This document shows, in pieces, positions 1 through 10,617 of a DNA stretch of 64,000 bases. Under the pieces are notes generated by a model. That model ran no database searches. It saw nothing but the letters and a program-made list of their open reading frames with translations, and had not been told where the DNA came from. The stretch spans positions 28,264-92,263 of the forward strand of contig JAJFIX010000031.1 of NCBI GenBank assembly GCA_021774575.1, read 5' to 3'. A program made the translations under genes and the position numbers. Numbering within the stretch: position 1 is the first letter of the stretch; each line of letters begins with the position of its first letter. The DNA is from Alphaproteobacteria bacterium (GTDB lineage: Bacteria > Pseudomonadota > Alphaproteobacteria > UBA6615).

Positions 1-1
1 A

Positions 2-307
2 TTAACGGGGGACGCTGTCGGCGGCAAATTGATGGCGAATGCAACGGTTGAACTGCAGTTTCCGAATTTTTTGCCTGAATCCTTGGGGATCAGTACTGCC
101 GTGTTCTCCGATGTAGGCCTCCTGACGGGTACGGATCAATCGATACCGAGCCTAAGGGACACCGGCCACCTTAGGGCCTCGGTCGGTTTGGGCGTTTCAT
201 GGCAGTCACCACTCGGACCGTTCCGTGTTGACTTTGCAACACCGCTTGCCGAAGAGACATTTGACGTTACTGAAGGTTTCCGGATAAGTGTCGGAACTTC
301 ATTTTAG
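2..307 (+). CDS. bamA: Outer membrane protein assembly factor BamA, C-terminal end (5'-truncated by window)
   Basis: Frame open from base 2; GDAVGGK...LRASVGLGVSWQSPLGPFRVDFA...C-terminal Phe; lies before skp-lpxD-fabZ-lpxA. Confidence 0.93.
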   Translation, partial: LTGDAVGGKLMANATVELQFPNFLPESLGISTAVFSDVGLLTGTDQSIPSLRDTGHLRASVGLGVSWQSPLGPFRVDFATPLAEETFDVTEGFRISVGTSF

Positions 308-321
308 GAGGGGGATTTTCT

Positions 322-921
322 ATGTTGGTTAAATTGGCCCGGGGTACGGCGAGGGTGTTTTCGATCGCCGCCTTGGCGGCCCTATTGGCCGTCACTATTA
401 CCGTGGGTGAAGCAACAGCTCAATATTCCGGGGGCATCGGCATTGTCGATATGGAACGGGTATTGAACCAGTCAAAGGCGATGTTGTCGGCCCGCTCGCA
501 GCTTGATGAAATTTCATCAAATTACCAGGAAGAAATTTCCGGGGAAGAGGAATCTCTGCGAGCGCGTGATGCCGAGCTGCAGCAAGAGCGAGAGATTCTC
601 GCGCCCGATGCCTGGAATGAAAAAGCTGTTATATTACAACGGGATATTGAGAGTTTAGATCAAAAGATCTTAGCTGTCAGACGAGCCCTTGATGGGTTGT
701 TCGAAGATTCGGTCACCCGGATTCAAGAACTGTTAATTGAGGAGATCGGAATTCTCGCTAATGAACGCGGAATTACCCTTGTGTTGCCCCTAAATTCGAT
801 ATTGTTCGCGACGGAATATTTTGATGTGACCGCAGATGCTCTTGCGCGGCTTGATACCCGGGTGCCCGGCATTGAGTTGGAGCTGACAGAAGATCAGTTA
901 AGTGGCACGGATACCCCGTAA
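322..921 (+). CDS. skp: Skp/OmpH periplasmic chaperone
   Basis: Signal peptide, IGIVDMERVL, coiled-coil body, DVTADALARL tail; between bamA and lpxD; GGAGG RBS. Confidence 0.88.
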   Translation: MLVKLARGTARVFSIAALAALLAVTITVGEATAQYSGGIGIVDMERVLNQSKAMLSARSQLDEISSNYQEEISGEEESLRARDAELQQEREILAPDAWNEKAVILQRDIESLDQKILAVRRALDGLFEDSVTRIQELLIEEIGILANERGITLVLPLNSILFATEYFDVTADALARLDTRVPGIELELTEDQLSGTDTP

Positions 922-974
922 TAAGTCGAAATTGTGCGTTGATTTTTCCTGTTTAGCCGGTTTTTGGGGGGCAA

Positions 975-2015
975 ATGGCAGATAAACGCTTTTTTCGTAA
1001 TAGGGGCCCTTACAAGCTCGCAGAAATAGCACGTATGGGCCAAGCCAAAATTTATGGCGACGCAGATCCAAATTCGCTGCATACCGACATCGGCCCGATT
1101 GGCGAAGCGGGCCGAGACCATGTAAGTTTTTTGGATAATAAGCGCTATATTGCTGCTTTTGCCGAGAGTAATGCCGGTGCGGTTGTCGTCGCGCCGCAAT
1201 ACATCGACAAAGCGCCGGCCGGCATGGCCCTTCTTGTTTCGGACAAACCCTATCGTTCATTTGCCTTGATTGCGCATGCCTTTTACGAAGAGATAGGTGC
1301 GGCGCCCAAGGTAGATGCGTCGGCGATTATCGATCCAGGTGCAATAATTGGTGATGGCTGCAAGATCGACGCCTATGTGGTCATCGGACCGGGGGTAAAA
1401 ATTGGTAATAACGTGCATCTAGGCGCCCATACAGTTGTCGGGCGGGGTGTTACGGTTGGTGATGAATGTCGTGTCGGTGCTCATGTGACATTGGAATTTT
1501 GCGATATTGGGCCTAGAACGCAACTTCACCCGGGGGTCCGTATTGGCCAGCGCGGGTTCGGCTTTGACATGGATGCCCAGGGGTTTATTGACGTTCCCCA
1601 GTTGGGGCAGGTGATCGTCGGTGCCGACGTTGAAATCGGCGCAAACACCACGGTTGACCGGGGCGCCGGGCCCGATACTATTATTGGCGACGGATGCAAA
1701 ATCGATAACCTTGTTCAAGTTGCTCATAATGTTGTATTGGGCAAACGATGCGTGCTCGTTGCACAATCGGGTATTGCTGGCAGTTCTAGGCTGCAGGACA
1801 ACGTAGTGATCGCGGCGCAGGTTGGTGTTTCCGGGCACCTTGTGCTTGGTGAAAGGGCACATATTGGTGCCCAGGCGGGTGTGATGCGGGATGTGCCGGC
1901 AGGGGCCAAATTGGTTGGCAGCCCGGCTATTCCAATACGGGAATTTTTTCGGATGGTGAGTGAGACGCAAAAACTGGGGCGAGGCAGAAAGAAAGTGACA
2001 GGCAGTGACTGTTGA
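975..2015 (+). CDS. lpxD: UDP-3-O-(3-hydroxyacyl)glucosamine N-acyltransferase
   Basis: Hexapeptide repeats, [27 protein letters not shown]. Confidence 0.96.
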   Translation: MADKRFFRNRGPYKLAEIARMGQAKIYGDADPNSLHTDIGPIGEAGRDHVSFLDNKRYIAAFAESNAGAVVVAPQYIDKAPAGMALLVSDKPYRSFALIAHAFYEEIGAAPKVDASAIIDPGAIIGDGCKIDAYVVIGPGVKIGNNVHLGAHTVVGRGVTVGDECRVGAHVTLEFCDIGPRTQLHPGVRIGQRGFGFDMDAQGFIDVPQLGQVIVGADVEIGANTTVDRGAGPDTIIGDGCKIDNLVQVAHNVVLGKRCVLVAQSGIAGSSRLQDNVVIAAQVGVSGHLVLGERAHIGAQAGVMRDVPAGAKLVGSPAIPIREFFRMVSETQKLGRGRKKVTGSDC

Positions 2016-2028
2016 GGGGCATAGTGAA

Positions 2029-2532
2029 ATGTCGGCAAAACTAGGCACCGAAGGTGCTGTGACGGCTAGTGATCCGACTGAACAGCCAGAATTGATTTCG
2101 GCAGATATTTTGCGGATCATGGAATTGATACCGCACAGATATCCCTTTTTGCTGATCGACAAAGTGCTCGATATCAAGCGAGGAATATCGGCGGTTGGTG
2201 TGAAGAATGTCAGTATTAATGAGCAGTTTTTCCAAGGCCATTTTCCCACCTTGCCGGTCATGCCCGGTGTGCTGATAATTGAGGCGATGGCTCAAACGGC
2301 CGCAGTCTTGGTCGTCACGTCGATGGGCGAGGCGGCCGAGGGCAAACTCGTCTTTTTTATGAGTATCGATAAGGCAAGATTTCGGAAACCAGTGGTACCC
2401 GGCGATGTCCTGCATTTGGAATGTCGTGTTATTCAAAACCGGGGCAATGTCTGGAAATTTGACGGGCGGGCCACAGTGAATGGCCGGTTACATGCTGAGG
2501 CAGTGTTTGCCGCGATGATTATGGATAAATAA
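2029..2532 (+). CDS. fabZ: 3-hydroxyacyl-ACP dehydratase
   Basis: [37 protein letters not shown] 2029 has a GAGGGG RBS (alternative GTG at 2005). Confidence 0.95.
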   Translation: MSAKLGTEGAVTASDPTEQPELISADILRIMELIPHRYPFLLIDKVLDIKRGISAVGVKNVSINEQFFQGHFPTLPVMPGVLIIEAMAQTAAVLVVTSMGEAAEGKLVFFMSIDKARFRKPVVPGDVLHLECRVIQNRGNVWKFDGRATVNGRLHAEAVFAAMIMDK

Positions 2533-3329
2533 TGGCGGATATACATTCGACCGCCGTCATCGACGAGACGGTCATACTTGGCGCTGACATTGAGGTCGGT
2601 CCCTATAGCGTAATTACCGGAAAAGTAGAAATTGGTGCCGGTACAAAAATACACTCTCACGTGGTCATTGGCGGACACACCCAAATCGGTCCAGGGTGCG
2701 AAATATTCCCTTTCGCCTCAATCGGCTTAATTCCGCAGGATTTAAAGTTCGGCGGAGAAACGTCGCGGCTGGTCATTGGCGCACGCAATCGTATTCGCGA
2801 ACATGTGACGATGAACCCTGGGACGCAAGGCGGCGGCCTGCTAACCCGGGTTGGCGATGATTGTTTGTTCATGATTGGGGCCCATGTTGCCCATGACTGT
2901 CAGGTTGGAAACCACGTCATACTGGCCAATAACGCGACCCTCGCCGGTCATGTTGAGGTCGGAGATCATGCGATTATCGGCGGATTGTCGGCGATCCATC
3001 AATTCGTCAAAATCGGCGCTCATGCGATGGTTGGCGGCATGTCGGGGGTCGAGCATAATGTTATTCCGTTCGGGTCGGCAATGGGCGAACGAGCCCGGCT
3101 GAACGGCCTGAACATAATCGGCATGAAGCGGCGGAAATTATCGCGAGACGAAATTCATGCGGTTCGAGATGCCTATCAGCATCTTTTTTCTGATTCGGGT
3201 GTAATGTCGGAGCGTATTTTATCTGTGACCGAGAATTACGCGGCGGTTGAACCGGTCATGTCGATCATCGATTTTATCAATGAAGAGTCCTCACGTGCGG
3301 TATTGCAGCCGAAAAATGGTGACGGCTAA
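2532..3329 (+). CDS. lpxA: Acyl-ACP--UDP-N-acetylglucosamine O-acyltransferase
   Basis: Hexapeptide repeats, PQDLKF, HVAHDC, LAGHV, IHQF. Confidence 0.96.
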   Translation: MADIHSTAVIDETVILGADIEVGPYSVITGKVEIGAGTKIHSHVVIGGHTQIGPGCEIFPFASIGLIPQDLKFGGETSRLVIGARNRIREHVTMNPGTQGGGLLTRVGDDCLFMIGAHVAHDCQVGNHVILANNATLAGHVEVGDHAIIGGLSAIHQFVKIGAHAMVGGMSGVEHNVIPFGSAMGERARLNGLNIIGMKRRKLSRDEIHAVRDAYQHLFSDSGVMSERILSVTENYAAVEPVMSIIDFINEESSRAVLQPKNGDG

Positions 3330-3376
3330 ACCAGATGGCGTGACGGCCATCGCGGATCGATTGGATCACAGGCAAA

Positions 3377-4216
3377 ATGGGGACCAAACTCGGTGCCAAA
3401 CTCGGAATTGTGGCGGGTGGGGGTGATCTGCCGCTGAAAATCGCTGAGGCCTGTCGGGCGACCGGGCGACCGTTTTACGTTCTTGGGCTCGAAGGGCAAG
3501 CCCCGGCCGGACAATTCGACGGATTGCCCCATGGGTGGATACGGTTGGGCGCTGTGGGCGAGGGGGTTTCAATCCTGCGCCGCGAGTTGGTCTCTGAACT
3601 TGTTTTCGCCGGTGCTGTTTTGCGTCCGTCCTTGAAGGAATTGCGTCCTGACGCATTTGCCACCCGTGTCTTGGCAAAAAGCGTGTTGCGGCGGGGCGAC
3701 GACGGCTTACTGCGGGCTCTGATGGACATGTTGGAACGTGAATTGGGAGCAACTTTCGTTGCTCCTGAGGCGTTGCTTGGAGACTTGGTCGCCCGGCAGG
3801 GAATATACGGGCAACACCAGCCCGATGAAGATGCCTGGGCAGATATCGAGCATGGCGCCCATGTCGCGCGAACACTAGGTGCCCTCGATATCGGGCAGTC
3901 GGTTGTCGTGCAAGGCGGGTTGGTGCTGGGACTTGAAGCCGTCGAGGGAACCGACGCACTTTTGGCACGATGCATTGACCTGGCAAAGGAGGGGGATGGC
4001 GGGGTTCTGGTTAAACTCGCCAAGCCGCAGCAAGACCGTCGCGCCGACTTGCCGACCGTCGGCTTGCAAACCATCGACGGTGCGATTTCTGCAGGTTTGC
4101 GGGGGATTGCCGTTGAAGTAGGGGGCGCGTTAATTCTCGATGAAGACGCAATGGTGGAACGGGCCGACGCGCAGGGAATTTTTTTCGTTGGATTGGGACC
4201 GGGCGGCACAAGGTGA
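3377..4216 (+). CDS. lpxI: UDP-2,3-diacylglucosamine diphosphatase LpxI
   Basis: LGIVAGGGDLP, GDDGLL, LDIGQSVVV, EAVEGTD, KPQQDRRADLPTVG; between lpxA and lpxB. Confidence 0.93.
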   Translation: MGTKLGAKLGIVAGGGDLPLKIAEACRATGRPFYVLGLEGQAPAGQFDGLPHGWIRLGAVGEGVSILRRELVSELVFAGAVLRPSLKELRPDAFATRVLAKSVLRRGDDGLLRALMDMLERELGATFVAPEALLGDLVARQGIYGQHQPDEDAWADIEHGAHVARTLGALDIGQSVVVQGGLVLGLEAVEGTDALLARCIDLAKEGDGGVLVKLAKPQQDRRADLPTVGLQTIDGAISAGLRGIAVEVGGALILDEDAMVERADAQGIFFVGLGPGGTR

Positions 4217-5418
4217 CCGACCAGGAGCAAGATCAGCATTTTTTTCTGATTGCCGGAGAGCCGTCGGGCGATGCCCTCGGTGCGGCGCTCATGGCCGGTT
4301 TAAAGTCCAATGCAGAACGGGCGGGCCAAAGGTTGAAATTCAGTGGTGTCGGCGGCCCGATGATGGCCAAAGAGGGCTTGGTTAGTCTCTTTGATTATAA
4401 CGAACTCGCAATCATGGGACTGGTTGAAGTCTTGCCGCGGATCGCTGCTGTTCGTCGGCGCATGCTTGAAACCGTCGTGGCGATCGAAGCGGACCCGCCG
4501 ATCGCGCTCATTACCATCGATGCCCCGGGTTTTACGGTTGGCGTGGTCAAACGGCTGAAGTCGCGTGAATTTGCTCGCATTCACTATGTCGCCCCGACAG
4601 TTTGGGCTTGGCGACCCCGCCGTGTGCATAAATTTCGCCGGCATTTCGATCATTTGATGACGTTGCTGCCTTTTGAACCGCCATATTTCGAGGCTGTCGG
4701 TCTATCGTGCGGTTTTGTCGGCCATCCGGTGTTGCAAAGCGGGGCCGACAAGGGCGATGGTGCAGGTTTTCGCCAACGTCATAAAATATTACCCAAAACA
4801 CCCCTTATCTGTGTCTTGCCGGGCAGCCGAAATGGAGAAGTCCGGCGTATGCTTGAGCCTTTTGGCGAAGCCCTTGCGATACTGGCGGTGGACCGGCCTG
4901 ATATGCGTGCTGTCATTCCTGCAATGCCTGCCGTCGAAGAGTTTATTCGAACGACGACTGCCGATTGGGCGGTACCGGTGGAAATAGTATCGGCGCTTGA
5001 TGAGCGTTTGGATGCGATGGCGGCTTCAAATGTTGCCTTGGCCGCGTCGGGAACAGTTTCTCTGGAACTGGCGATGGCCCGAATTGCCCCGGTCATTTCC
5101 TATCGTATGGCGCCGATTACCGTCTGGCTGCTCAGGCGTATGGTAAAGGTAAAATACGCAAATTTGATCAATATCATCCTTGATACCGAAGCGGTTCCCG
5201 AATTGATTCAGGAAAAATCCACGCCAGAGAATTTGGCCGCCGAACTCGCCGCTATTTTGAGCGACAGCGTGCGCCGGCACCAAATTATCACGGCCCAAGA
5301 TACCGCGATAAAGGCTCTGTCACCACCGGCCGTTAACGGTACGCAACGGCCGGGGGACTGTGCTGCGCAGGCTGTTGGCAATATCGTCGACGCCTGGAAG
5401 CCGACGGACCGACCCTAG
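4213..5418 (+). CDS. lpxB: Lipid-A-disaccharide synthase
   Basis: AGEPSGD, IDAPGF, YVAPTVWAWR, LPFEP, FVGHP, LPGSR, ASGTVSLE. Confidence 0.96.
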   Translation: MTDQEQDQHFFLIAGEPSGDALGAALMAGLKSNAERAGQRLKFSGVGGPMMAKEGLVSLFDYNELAIMGLVEVLPRIAAVRRRMLETVVAIEADPPIALITIDAPGFTVGVVKRLKSREFARIHYVAPTVWAWRPRRVHKFRRHFDHLMTLLPFEPPYFEAVGLSCGFVGHPVLQSGADKGDGAGFRQRHKILPKTPLICVLPGSRNGEVRRMLEPFGEALAILAVDRPDMRAVIPAMPAVEEFIRTTTADWAVPVEIVSALDERLDAMAASNVALAASGTVSLELAMARIAPVISYRMAPITVWLLRRMVKVKYANLINIILDTEAVPELIQEKSTPENLAAELAAILSDSVRRHQIITAQDTAIKALSPPAVNGTQRPGDCAAQAVGNIVDAWKPTDRP

Positions 5419-5420
5419 GG

Positions 5421-6737
5421 CTAGAGCCGGTCCTTTAAGGTGATAAAGTTACGCTCGGCTTCGCCGGTGAAAATTTGGCGTGGCCGGCCGATCCGTTGGC
5501 TGGGATCCTCAATCATTTCTTTCCATTGGGCTACCCAGCCAACCGTGCGAGCGAGGGCGAACAGCACCGTAAACATGCTTGTCGGAAAACCGATGGCACT
5601 CAAAATGATGCCCGAGTAAAAATCAACGTTGGGAAAGAGCTTGCGCTCGACGAAATACTCGTCTTCCAGGGCAATTCGCTCCAATTCCATAGCGAGTTCA
5701 AGCAAGGGGTCATCAATTCCCAATTCTTCAAGAACCTCATGGGTCGATTGCCGCAATACAGCAGCGCGCGGATCGTAGTTTTTATAGACTCTGTGGCCAA
5801 AACCCATCAGGCGGAAGGGGTCGTCTTTGTTTTTGGCCTTTTCTAGATACTCGGGAATTCTCTCCTTCGACCCAATTTCATTGAGCATATTCAAGACCGC
5901 CTCATTGGCGCCGCCATGAGCTGGCCCCCAAAGTGACGATATACCGGCCGCAATACAGGCAAAGGGATTGGCACCCGACGATCCAGCGAGACGCACTGTC
6001 GATGTTGATGCGTTTTGTTCGTGATCGGCATGCAGGATGAAGATGCGATCCATCGCCTTGGCGACCGAAGGGCGCACTATATATTCTTCAGTCGGGACGG
6101 CGAAGGTCATGTGAAGGAAGTTTTCGGCGTAAGAGAGATCGTTTCGCGGGTAGGTAAACGGTTGGCCGACCGAAAATTTATAAGCCATGGCGGCTATCGT
6201 CGGCATCTTGGCGATCATGCGATGAGCCGAAATCATTCGATGGGTCGGGTCATCAATGTCGATACTGTCATGATAAAAGGCTGACATAGCACCGACCACG
6301 CCAACCATGATGGCCATCGGATGGGCATCCCGGCGAAATCCCCGATAGAGATAAAGCAGTTGCTCGTGGACCATGGTGTGGCGAAGAATTGTAGCCTCGA
6401 ATTCTTGCTTGCGATCCGCATTGGGTAGGTCGCCATAAAGCAGCAAGTGGCAAACTTCCAAATAATCGCTGTTTTCCGCCAGCTCTTCGATCGAGTAGCC
6501 ACGGTGTCGTAGAATACCGACATCGCCGTCGATATAGGTGATTTCGGATTCGCAACTTGCCGTCGAGGTAAAGCCGGGGTCATAGGTAAACATGCCCGTT
6601 TCCGCATAAAGCTTGCGGACATCGATGGCACGGGGGCCGAGAGTGCCACCCAGGACTGGCAAGTCGAATGTTTTGCCTGTGGAATTATCGGTAACGGTGA
6701 CGGTTGCATCCGTCGTTTTTGCGGCCTTAACGTTCAT
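5421..6737 (-). CDS. gltA: Type II citrate synthase
   Basis: [41 protein letters not shown]. Confidence 0.98.
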   Translation of the reverse strand: MNVKAAKTTDATVTVTDNSTGKTFDLPVLGGTLGPRAIDVRKLYAETGMFTYDPGFTSTASCESEITYIDGDVGILRHRGYSIEELAENSDYLEVCHLLLYGDLPNADRKQEFEATILRHTMVHEQLLYLYRGFRRDAHPMAIMVGVVGAMSAFYHDSIDIDDPTHRMISAHRMIAKMPTIAAMAYKFSVGQPFTYPRNDLSYAENFLHMTFAVPTEEYIVRPSVAKAMDRIFILHADHEQNASTSTVRLAGSSGANPFACIAAGISSLWGPAHGGANEAVLNMLNEIGSKERIPEYLEKAKNKDDPFRLMGFGHRVYKNYDPRAAVLRQSTHEVLEELGIDDPLLELAMELERIALEDEYFVERKLFPNVDFYSGIILSAIGFPTSMFTVLFALARTVGWVAQWKEMIEDPSQRIGRPRQIFTGEAERNFITLKDRL

Positions 6738-6790
6738 TAAATCCCTGCCTTATAGCTTCGGTTAACCCAAATTTTGACGGCAACTGGATT

Positions 6791-8194
6791 CTAGCCAGCC
6801 GCAGCCGCGCGGATGCGCGCAATTACTTCATCTTTGCCGAGGATCGCCATGACCTCGAATATGCCCGGCGACGCTGTCGATCCGGTTAGTGCGGCCCGCA
6901 ACGGCTGGGCAATTTTGCCCAGCTTTAAATCTGCAGCCTCACAAAAAGCCCGTATTTTTGCTTCAATTCCGGATAAGTCCCATGGTTCAACCTCCGAGAA
7001 CTCATCCGCCAGACTGCTCAATCTAGAAATTGCGTCTGAATTCAACAGGTTCTTCGCTTTTTCTGACATGACGCCTGGAGGGCCGGGACAATATATCATT
7101 GATGCGTCGGTAAGTTCTACTAGGCTGTGCGCTCTTTCTTTGAGACTGCCCAGGCCAAGGCGAATTCGCGCGATCATTTGCGGCTCGGGAGCGACCTCGG
7201 TGCTGGCTGTCATGAACTCGGTCAGCGCGGTCAGCAATGGTTCGTCATCCATTTGGCTGAGGTAGTGGCTGTTAAGACTGTCGAGTTTGGCAAAGTCAAA
7301 ACGGGCCGCACTTTTGTTAACTTGCGCGAGGTCAAACCAGGCGACCGCCTGCTCGGTCGAAATGATTTCATCGTCGCCGTGGGACCAGCCGAGCCGCAGG
7401 AGATAATTGCTGATTGCCGCCGGCAGATATCCCATTTCGCGATAAGCCTCGACCCCAAGCGCTCCGTGACGTTTTGAGAGTTTGGCGCCGTCGGGACCGT
7501 GAATGAGCGGAATATGGGCAAATTCCGGCACCTCCCAATCGCAGGCGGCAAACAGATGATGCTGGCGAAAAGCATTGTTGAGATGGTCATCGCCCCGGAT
7601 AATTCGGGTCACACCCATCTCATGATCATCGACAACCACGGCAAGCATATAAGTTGGCATCCCGTCGGCCCGTAAAAGGATGAAATCGTCTAATTGCTGG
7701 TTGGGAACGGTCACCTCGCCTTGCACCAGATCGGCGATTGTTGTGCTGCCCTGCCGGGGCATCTTTATTCGGATAGTTGGGGAGATCCCATCGGGGGCGT
7801 CCGCCGGGTCGCGATCGCGCCAGCGTCCATCATAAAGCGTCGGACGGCCCGCAGCGCGGGCCTCTTCACGCATTTTAGTAAGTTCTTCGGGAGTACAATA
7901 GCATCGATATGCATGACCAGCTGCCAGCAACTCGTTGGCCACCTCCGCGTGACGGGCCCGGTTTGCCGACTGATAAATTTCATCGCCGTCCCAATCGAGG
8001 CCCAACCATCGTAATCCATCGATGATTTTCTCAATTGCGTCGGGAGTTGAGCGTTTGGTGTCTGTATCTTCGATGCGCAAAAGAAACTTGCCACCGGCGT
8101 GGCGTGCGGCCAGCCAATTAAAGAGGGCGGTTCGTGCGCCTCCAATATGGAGCAATCCGGTTGGTGATGGAGCAAACCTGGTAACGAGGGTCAT
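6791..8194 (-). CDS. gltX: Glutamate--tRNA ligase
   Basis: TRFAPSPTG, HIGG, LRIEDTD, KLSKR; start placed at MTLVTRF (8194). Confidence 0.96.
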   Translation of the reverse strand: MTLVTRFAPSPTGLLHIGGARTALFNWLAARHAGGKFLLRIEDTDTKRSTPDAIEKIIDGLRWLGLDWDGDEIYQSANRARHAEVANELLAAGHAYRCYCTPEELTKMREEARAAGRPTLYDGRWRDRDPADAPDGISPTIRIKMPRQGSTTIADLVQGEVTVPNQQLDDFILLRADGMPTYMLAVVVDDHEMGVTRIIRGDDHLNNAFRQHHLFAACDWEVPEFAHIPLIHGPDGAKLSKRHGALGVEAYREMGYLPAAISNYLLRLGWSHGDDEIISTEQAVAWFDLAQVNKSAARFDFAKLDSLNSHYLSQMDDEPLLTALTEFMTASTEVAPEPQMIARIRLGLGSLKERAHSLVELTDASMIYCPGPPGVMSEKAKNLLNSDAISRLSSLADEFSEVEPWDLSGIEAKIRAFCEAADLKLGKIAQPLRAALTGSTASPGIFEVMAILGKDEVIARIRAAAAG

Positions 8195-8262
8195 GGTGGA
8201 GGCCTTGCAAGAGGTGACAGAGCGCGGCGCACCCCATACCATATGACTCGAAAAGGAACAAA

Positions 8263-8326
8263 CCCGGAGCCGCTACGCGGCTGCATAGTCCATTCCCGGA
8301 GCCGCTATGCGGCTGCATAGTCCATA
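8263..8326. repeat. 32-bp tandem duplication (2 copies), each copy with an AGCCGC-N3-GCGGCT hairpin
   Basis: cccggagccgctacgcggctgcatagtccatt / cccggagccgctatgcggctgcatagtccata; 30/32 identical; in the divergent gltX-comEC spacer. Confidence 0.9.
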
Positions 8327-8350
8327 ATTGTGTTCGTATCAGAGTTTTTG

Positions 8351-10537
8351 ATGACTTCGAGCCAGCCAGAGCCCTTAGACGCCCAACCGAAACAATTGGG
8401 CGATACCGCCTTATCGCAAGAGCCGGCTAATTTTTTCGTCGTTACTCTGGTGGCCGAGAGAGATCAATTACCCCAATGGCTGGCGGTTGCATTTGGTGGC
8501 GGCGCGCTGCTCTATTTTTCACTGCACGTAGAACCGCCCTGGTGGCTGACATGCGCCAATATCGCGGTGGCCACCTTGCTTGCCTGGGGAATGCGGCGTT
8601 GGGTTGCTTGGTCTTTTGTCGCCTATGTATTGCTGTCGGTGGCATTGGGGGTTGGGATGGCTCAATGGCGGGTAAACCGAGTTGCTGCGCCGGTGCTCTC
8701 GTCAGAAATTGATTTCACCAATATTACCGGGCGCGTCGTCACCTTTGAGCCACAGCAGAGCGGTTACAGGCTGGTTCTAGATAATGTGACCATTGATGAT
8801 GTCTCCGGCGACCAAGTGCCGTTACGCGTTCGGGTGACGGCGCGAGGTGCGCAGGAAAATTGGATTGATATTCGGCCCGGCGATTGGATCAGCGGTCGCG
8901 CTGGATTATCGCCGCCGTCTGGCCCTGCCTATCCCGGTGGATTTGATTTCCAACGAAATGCCTGGTTCCAAAGGTTGGGGGCAGTGGGGTTTACTTTCGG
9001 TCAGCCTGAAATTATTCCGCCGCCCCCTGGGCCAGGCACGGGCGGCGCTGAGCGGTTTCAACCTTTCAGGATTTTTTCGACCGGGGTCGAAGGTTTGCGC
9101 CAAAAAATATTTCTTCGCATAAGCCAAGCTTTGCCGGGTCAGACAGGGGCGGTTGCGGCGGCCCTAATGGTCGGCAAGCGTGGCGCCATACCCGAGGAGG
9201 TCCAGGTGGCGATGCGCCAAGCCGGATTGGCGCATTTGCTGGCAATATCGGGTTTGCATCTCGGCCTATTGGCGGGGCTGATATTTTTCATTGTGCGCGG
9301 TGGGCTGGCGCTTTTTCCGCGATTGGCTTTGCGGTATCCGATAAAGAAATGGGCCGCCTTCATTGCTCTTGGGGCTAGCCTTTTTTACCTCTTCATTGCC
9401 GGGGCGACGGTGCCGACCCAGCGCTCTTTTGCCATGCTGGCGCTGGTTCTAGGAGCGGTCATGATTGATCGGTCGGCAATATCCATGCGCCTTGTCGGAT
9501 GGGCGGCGGTGGTCATATTGGCATTTCGCCCGGAAAGCCTCGTCGGAGCGAGCTTTCAGCTATCATTTTCTGCCGTGATAGCTCTCGTCGCAGCCTATGA
9601 GGCGATGGGGGATCGATGGCGCTTCAGCTATGGTCGCGGCCGATTTTTGCGACGGGCGCTCATCTACCTGGCCGGAGTGAGCATGACAACGGTCATTGCT
9701 GGCACCGCCACGGCGCCGTTTGCCCTGCAAATTTTTCATCAAGTCGCGGTGTATGGGGTCGCTGGTAATATAGTCGCGGTGCCCATTGTAGCGCTCTGGG
9801 TTATGCCGTTGGCCTTGCTCGCCTTTGTCCTGATGCCGTTCGGTCTCGATTTTATTGCGTTGATCCCGATGGGGTGGGGGATCGATTTGGTCATTTCTGT
9901 CGCAACACATGTCGCCGCATGGCCGGGCTCGACATTTCACGCACCCTCTTTGCCGGGATGGGGATTTGGCTTGGTTGTTTCGGGTGGGCTGTGGCTTGCC
10001 CTTTGGCGGCGACCCTGGCGCCTTTGGGGGGTGGGCGCGATTGCCATTGGTCTCTGGTCGGCGAGTTTCATTAATCCGCCCGATATTCTGGTTGCCGGGG
10101 ATGCGTCGCTCGTTGGGATCCGCGTGACCCCCCCTCAAGGCACAGAAAAATTGCTGGTATCGCAAAGTCGGCGCAATAGATTTACCCGCGGCGTTTGGCT
10201 TGAGGCGCTTGGCCTAGATGAATGGGAGAAATTTCCCGACAGCGAACCCTCGCAAAGTGCGGAATTAATGTGCGACCGGTTGGGCTGCATTTATCGAAAG
10301 TCGGGAACACTGATCGCCGTGCCAACCGATATCCGCGCACTGAACGAAGATTGTGGATCTGCCGATATAATCATTTCGACCGTACCGGTGCCGCGAACCT
10401 GCACCGGACCGCGTCTGGTCATCGATTTTTTCGATTTACGGTATCGCGGCGCACATTCTATTTGGCTAGGCACCGACGATGCGGGGCGTAGCCAGTCGGC
10501 CAATGAACGACGCGGGCGCCGACCATGGGTTCGCTAA
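8351..10537 (+). CDS. comEC: ComEC/Rec2 competence (DNA uptake channel) protein
   Basis: N-terminal TMs, OB-like region with PGGFDFQR, AGLAHLLAISGLHLG, SFQLSFSA; canonical gltX/comEC/lexA position; start may be 8330. Confidence 0.92.
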   Translation: MTSSQPEPLDAQPKQLGDTALSQEPANFFVVTLVAERDQLPQWLAVAFGGGALLYFSLHVEPPWWLTCANIAVATLLAWGMRRWVAWSFVAYVLLSVALGVGMAQWRVNRVAAPVLSSEIDFTNITGRVVTFEPQQSGYRLVLDNVTIDDVSGDQVPLRVRVTARGAQENWIDIRPGDWISGRAGLSPPSGPAYPGGFDFQRNAWFQRLGAVGFTFGQPEIIPPPPGPGTGGAERFQPFRIFSTGVEGLRQKIFLRISQALPGQTGAVAAALMVGKRGAIPEEVQVAMRQAGLAHLLAISGLHLGLLAGLIFFIVRGGLALFPRLALRYPIKKWAAFIALGASLFYLFIAGATVPTQRSFAMLALVLGAVMIDRSAISMRLVGWAAVVILAFRPESLVGASFQLSFSAVIALVAAYEAMGDRWRFSYGRGRFLRRALIYLAGVSMTTVIAGTATAPFALQIFHQVAVYGVAGNIVAVPIVALWVMPLALLAFVLMPFGLDFIALIPMGWGIDLVISVATHVAAWPGSTFHAPSLPGWGFGLVVSGGLWLALWRRPWRLWGVGAIAIGLWSASFINPPDILVAGDASLVGIRVTPPQGTEKLLVSQSRRNRFTRGVWLEALGLDEWEKFPDSEPSQSAELMCDRLGCIYRKSGTLIAVPTDIRALNEDCGSADIIISTVPVPRTCTGPRLVIDFFDLRYRGAHSIWLGTDDAGRSQSANERRGRRPWVR

Positions 10538-10596
10538 ACTGGGTTCGCTAAACTGGGTTCGCTAAACATGGGTTCGATAATAGGGGTTTGCTAACT
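10526..10596. repeat. 14-bp tandem repeat TGGGTTCGCTAAAC (3 perfect plus 2 degenerate copies) including the comEC stop codon
   Basis: Perfect copies at 10526, 10540, 10554; degenerate tgggttcgataata (10569) and ggggtttgctaact (10583). Confidence 0.9.
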
Positions 10597-10617
10597 GCGT
10601 AAACTCCAAAATATTGT

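Noticed and set aside
8263..8326. 32-bp hairpin repeat as a mini-CRISPR
   Set aside because: The two copies are directly adjacent with no spacer, and there are no cas genes.
10060..10537. ComEC lacking a metallo-beta-lactamase domain as a pseudogene
   Set aside because: The ORF is intact, and this shorter C-terminus is usual in alphaproteobacterial ComEC.
10526..10596. 14-bp repeat as a CRISPR array or tandem LexA boxes
   Set aside because: No spacers or cas genes; GTTC recurs every 14 bp (N10), not every 11 bp (N7) as in the SOS box.
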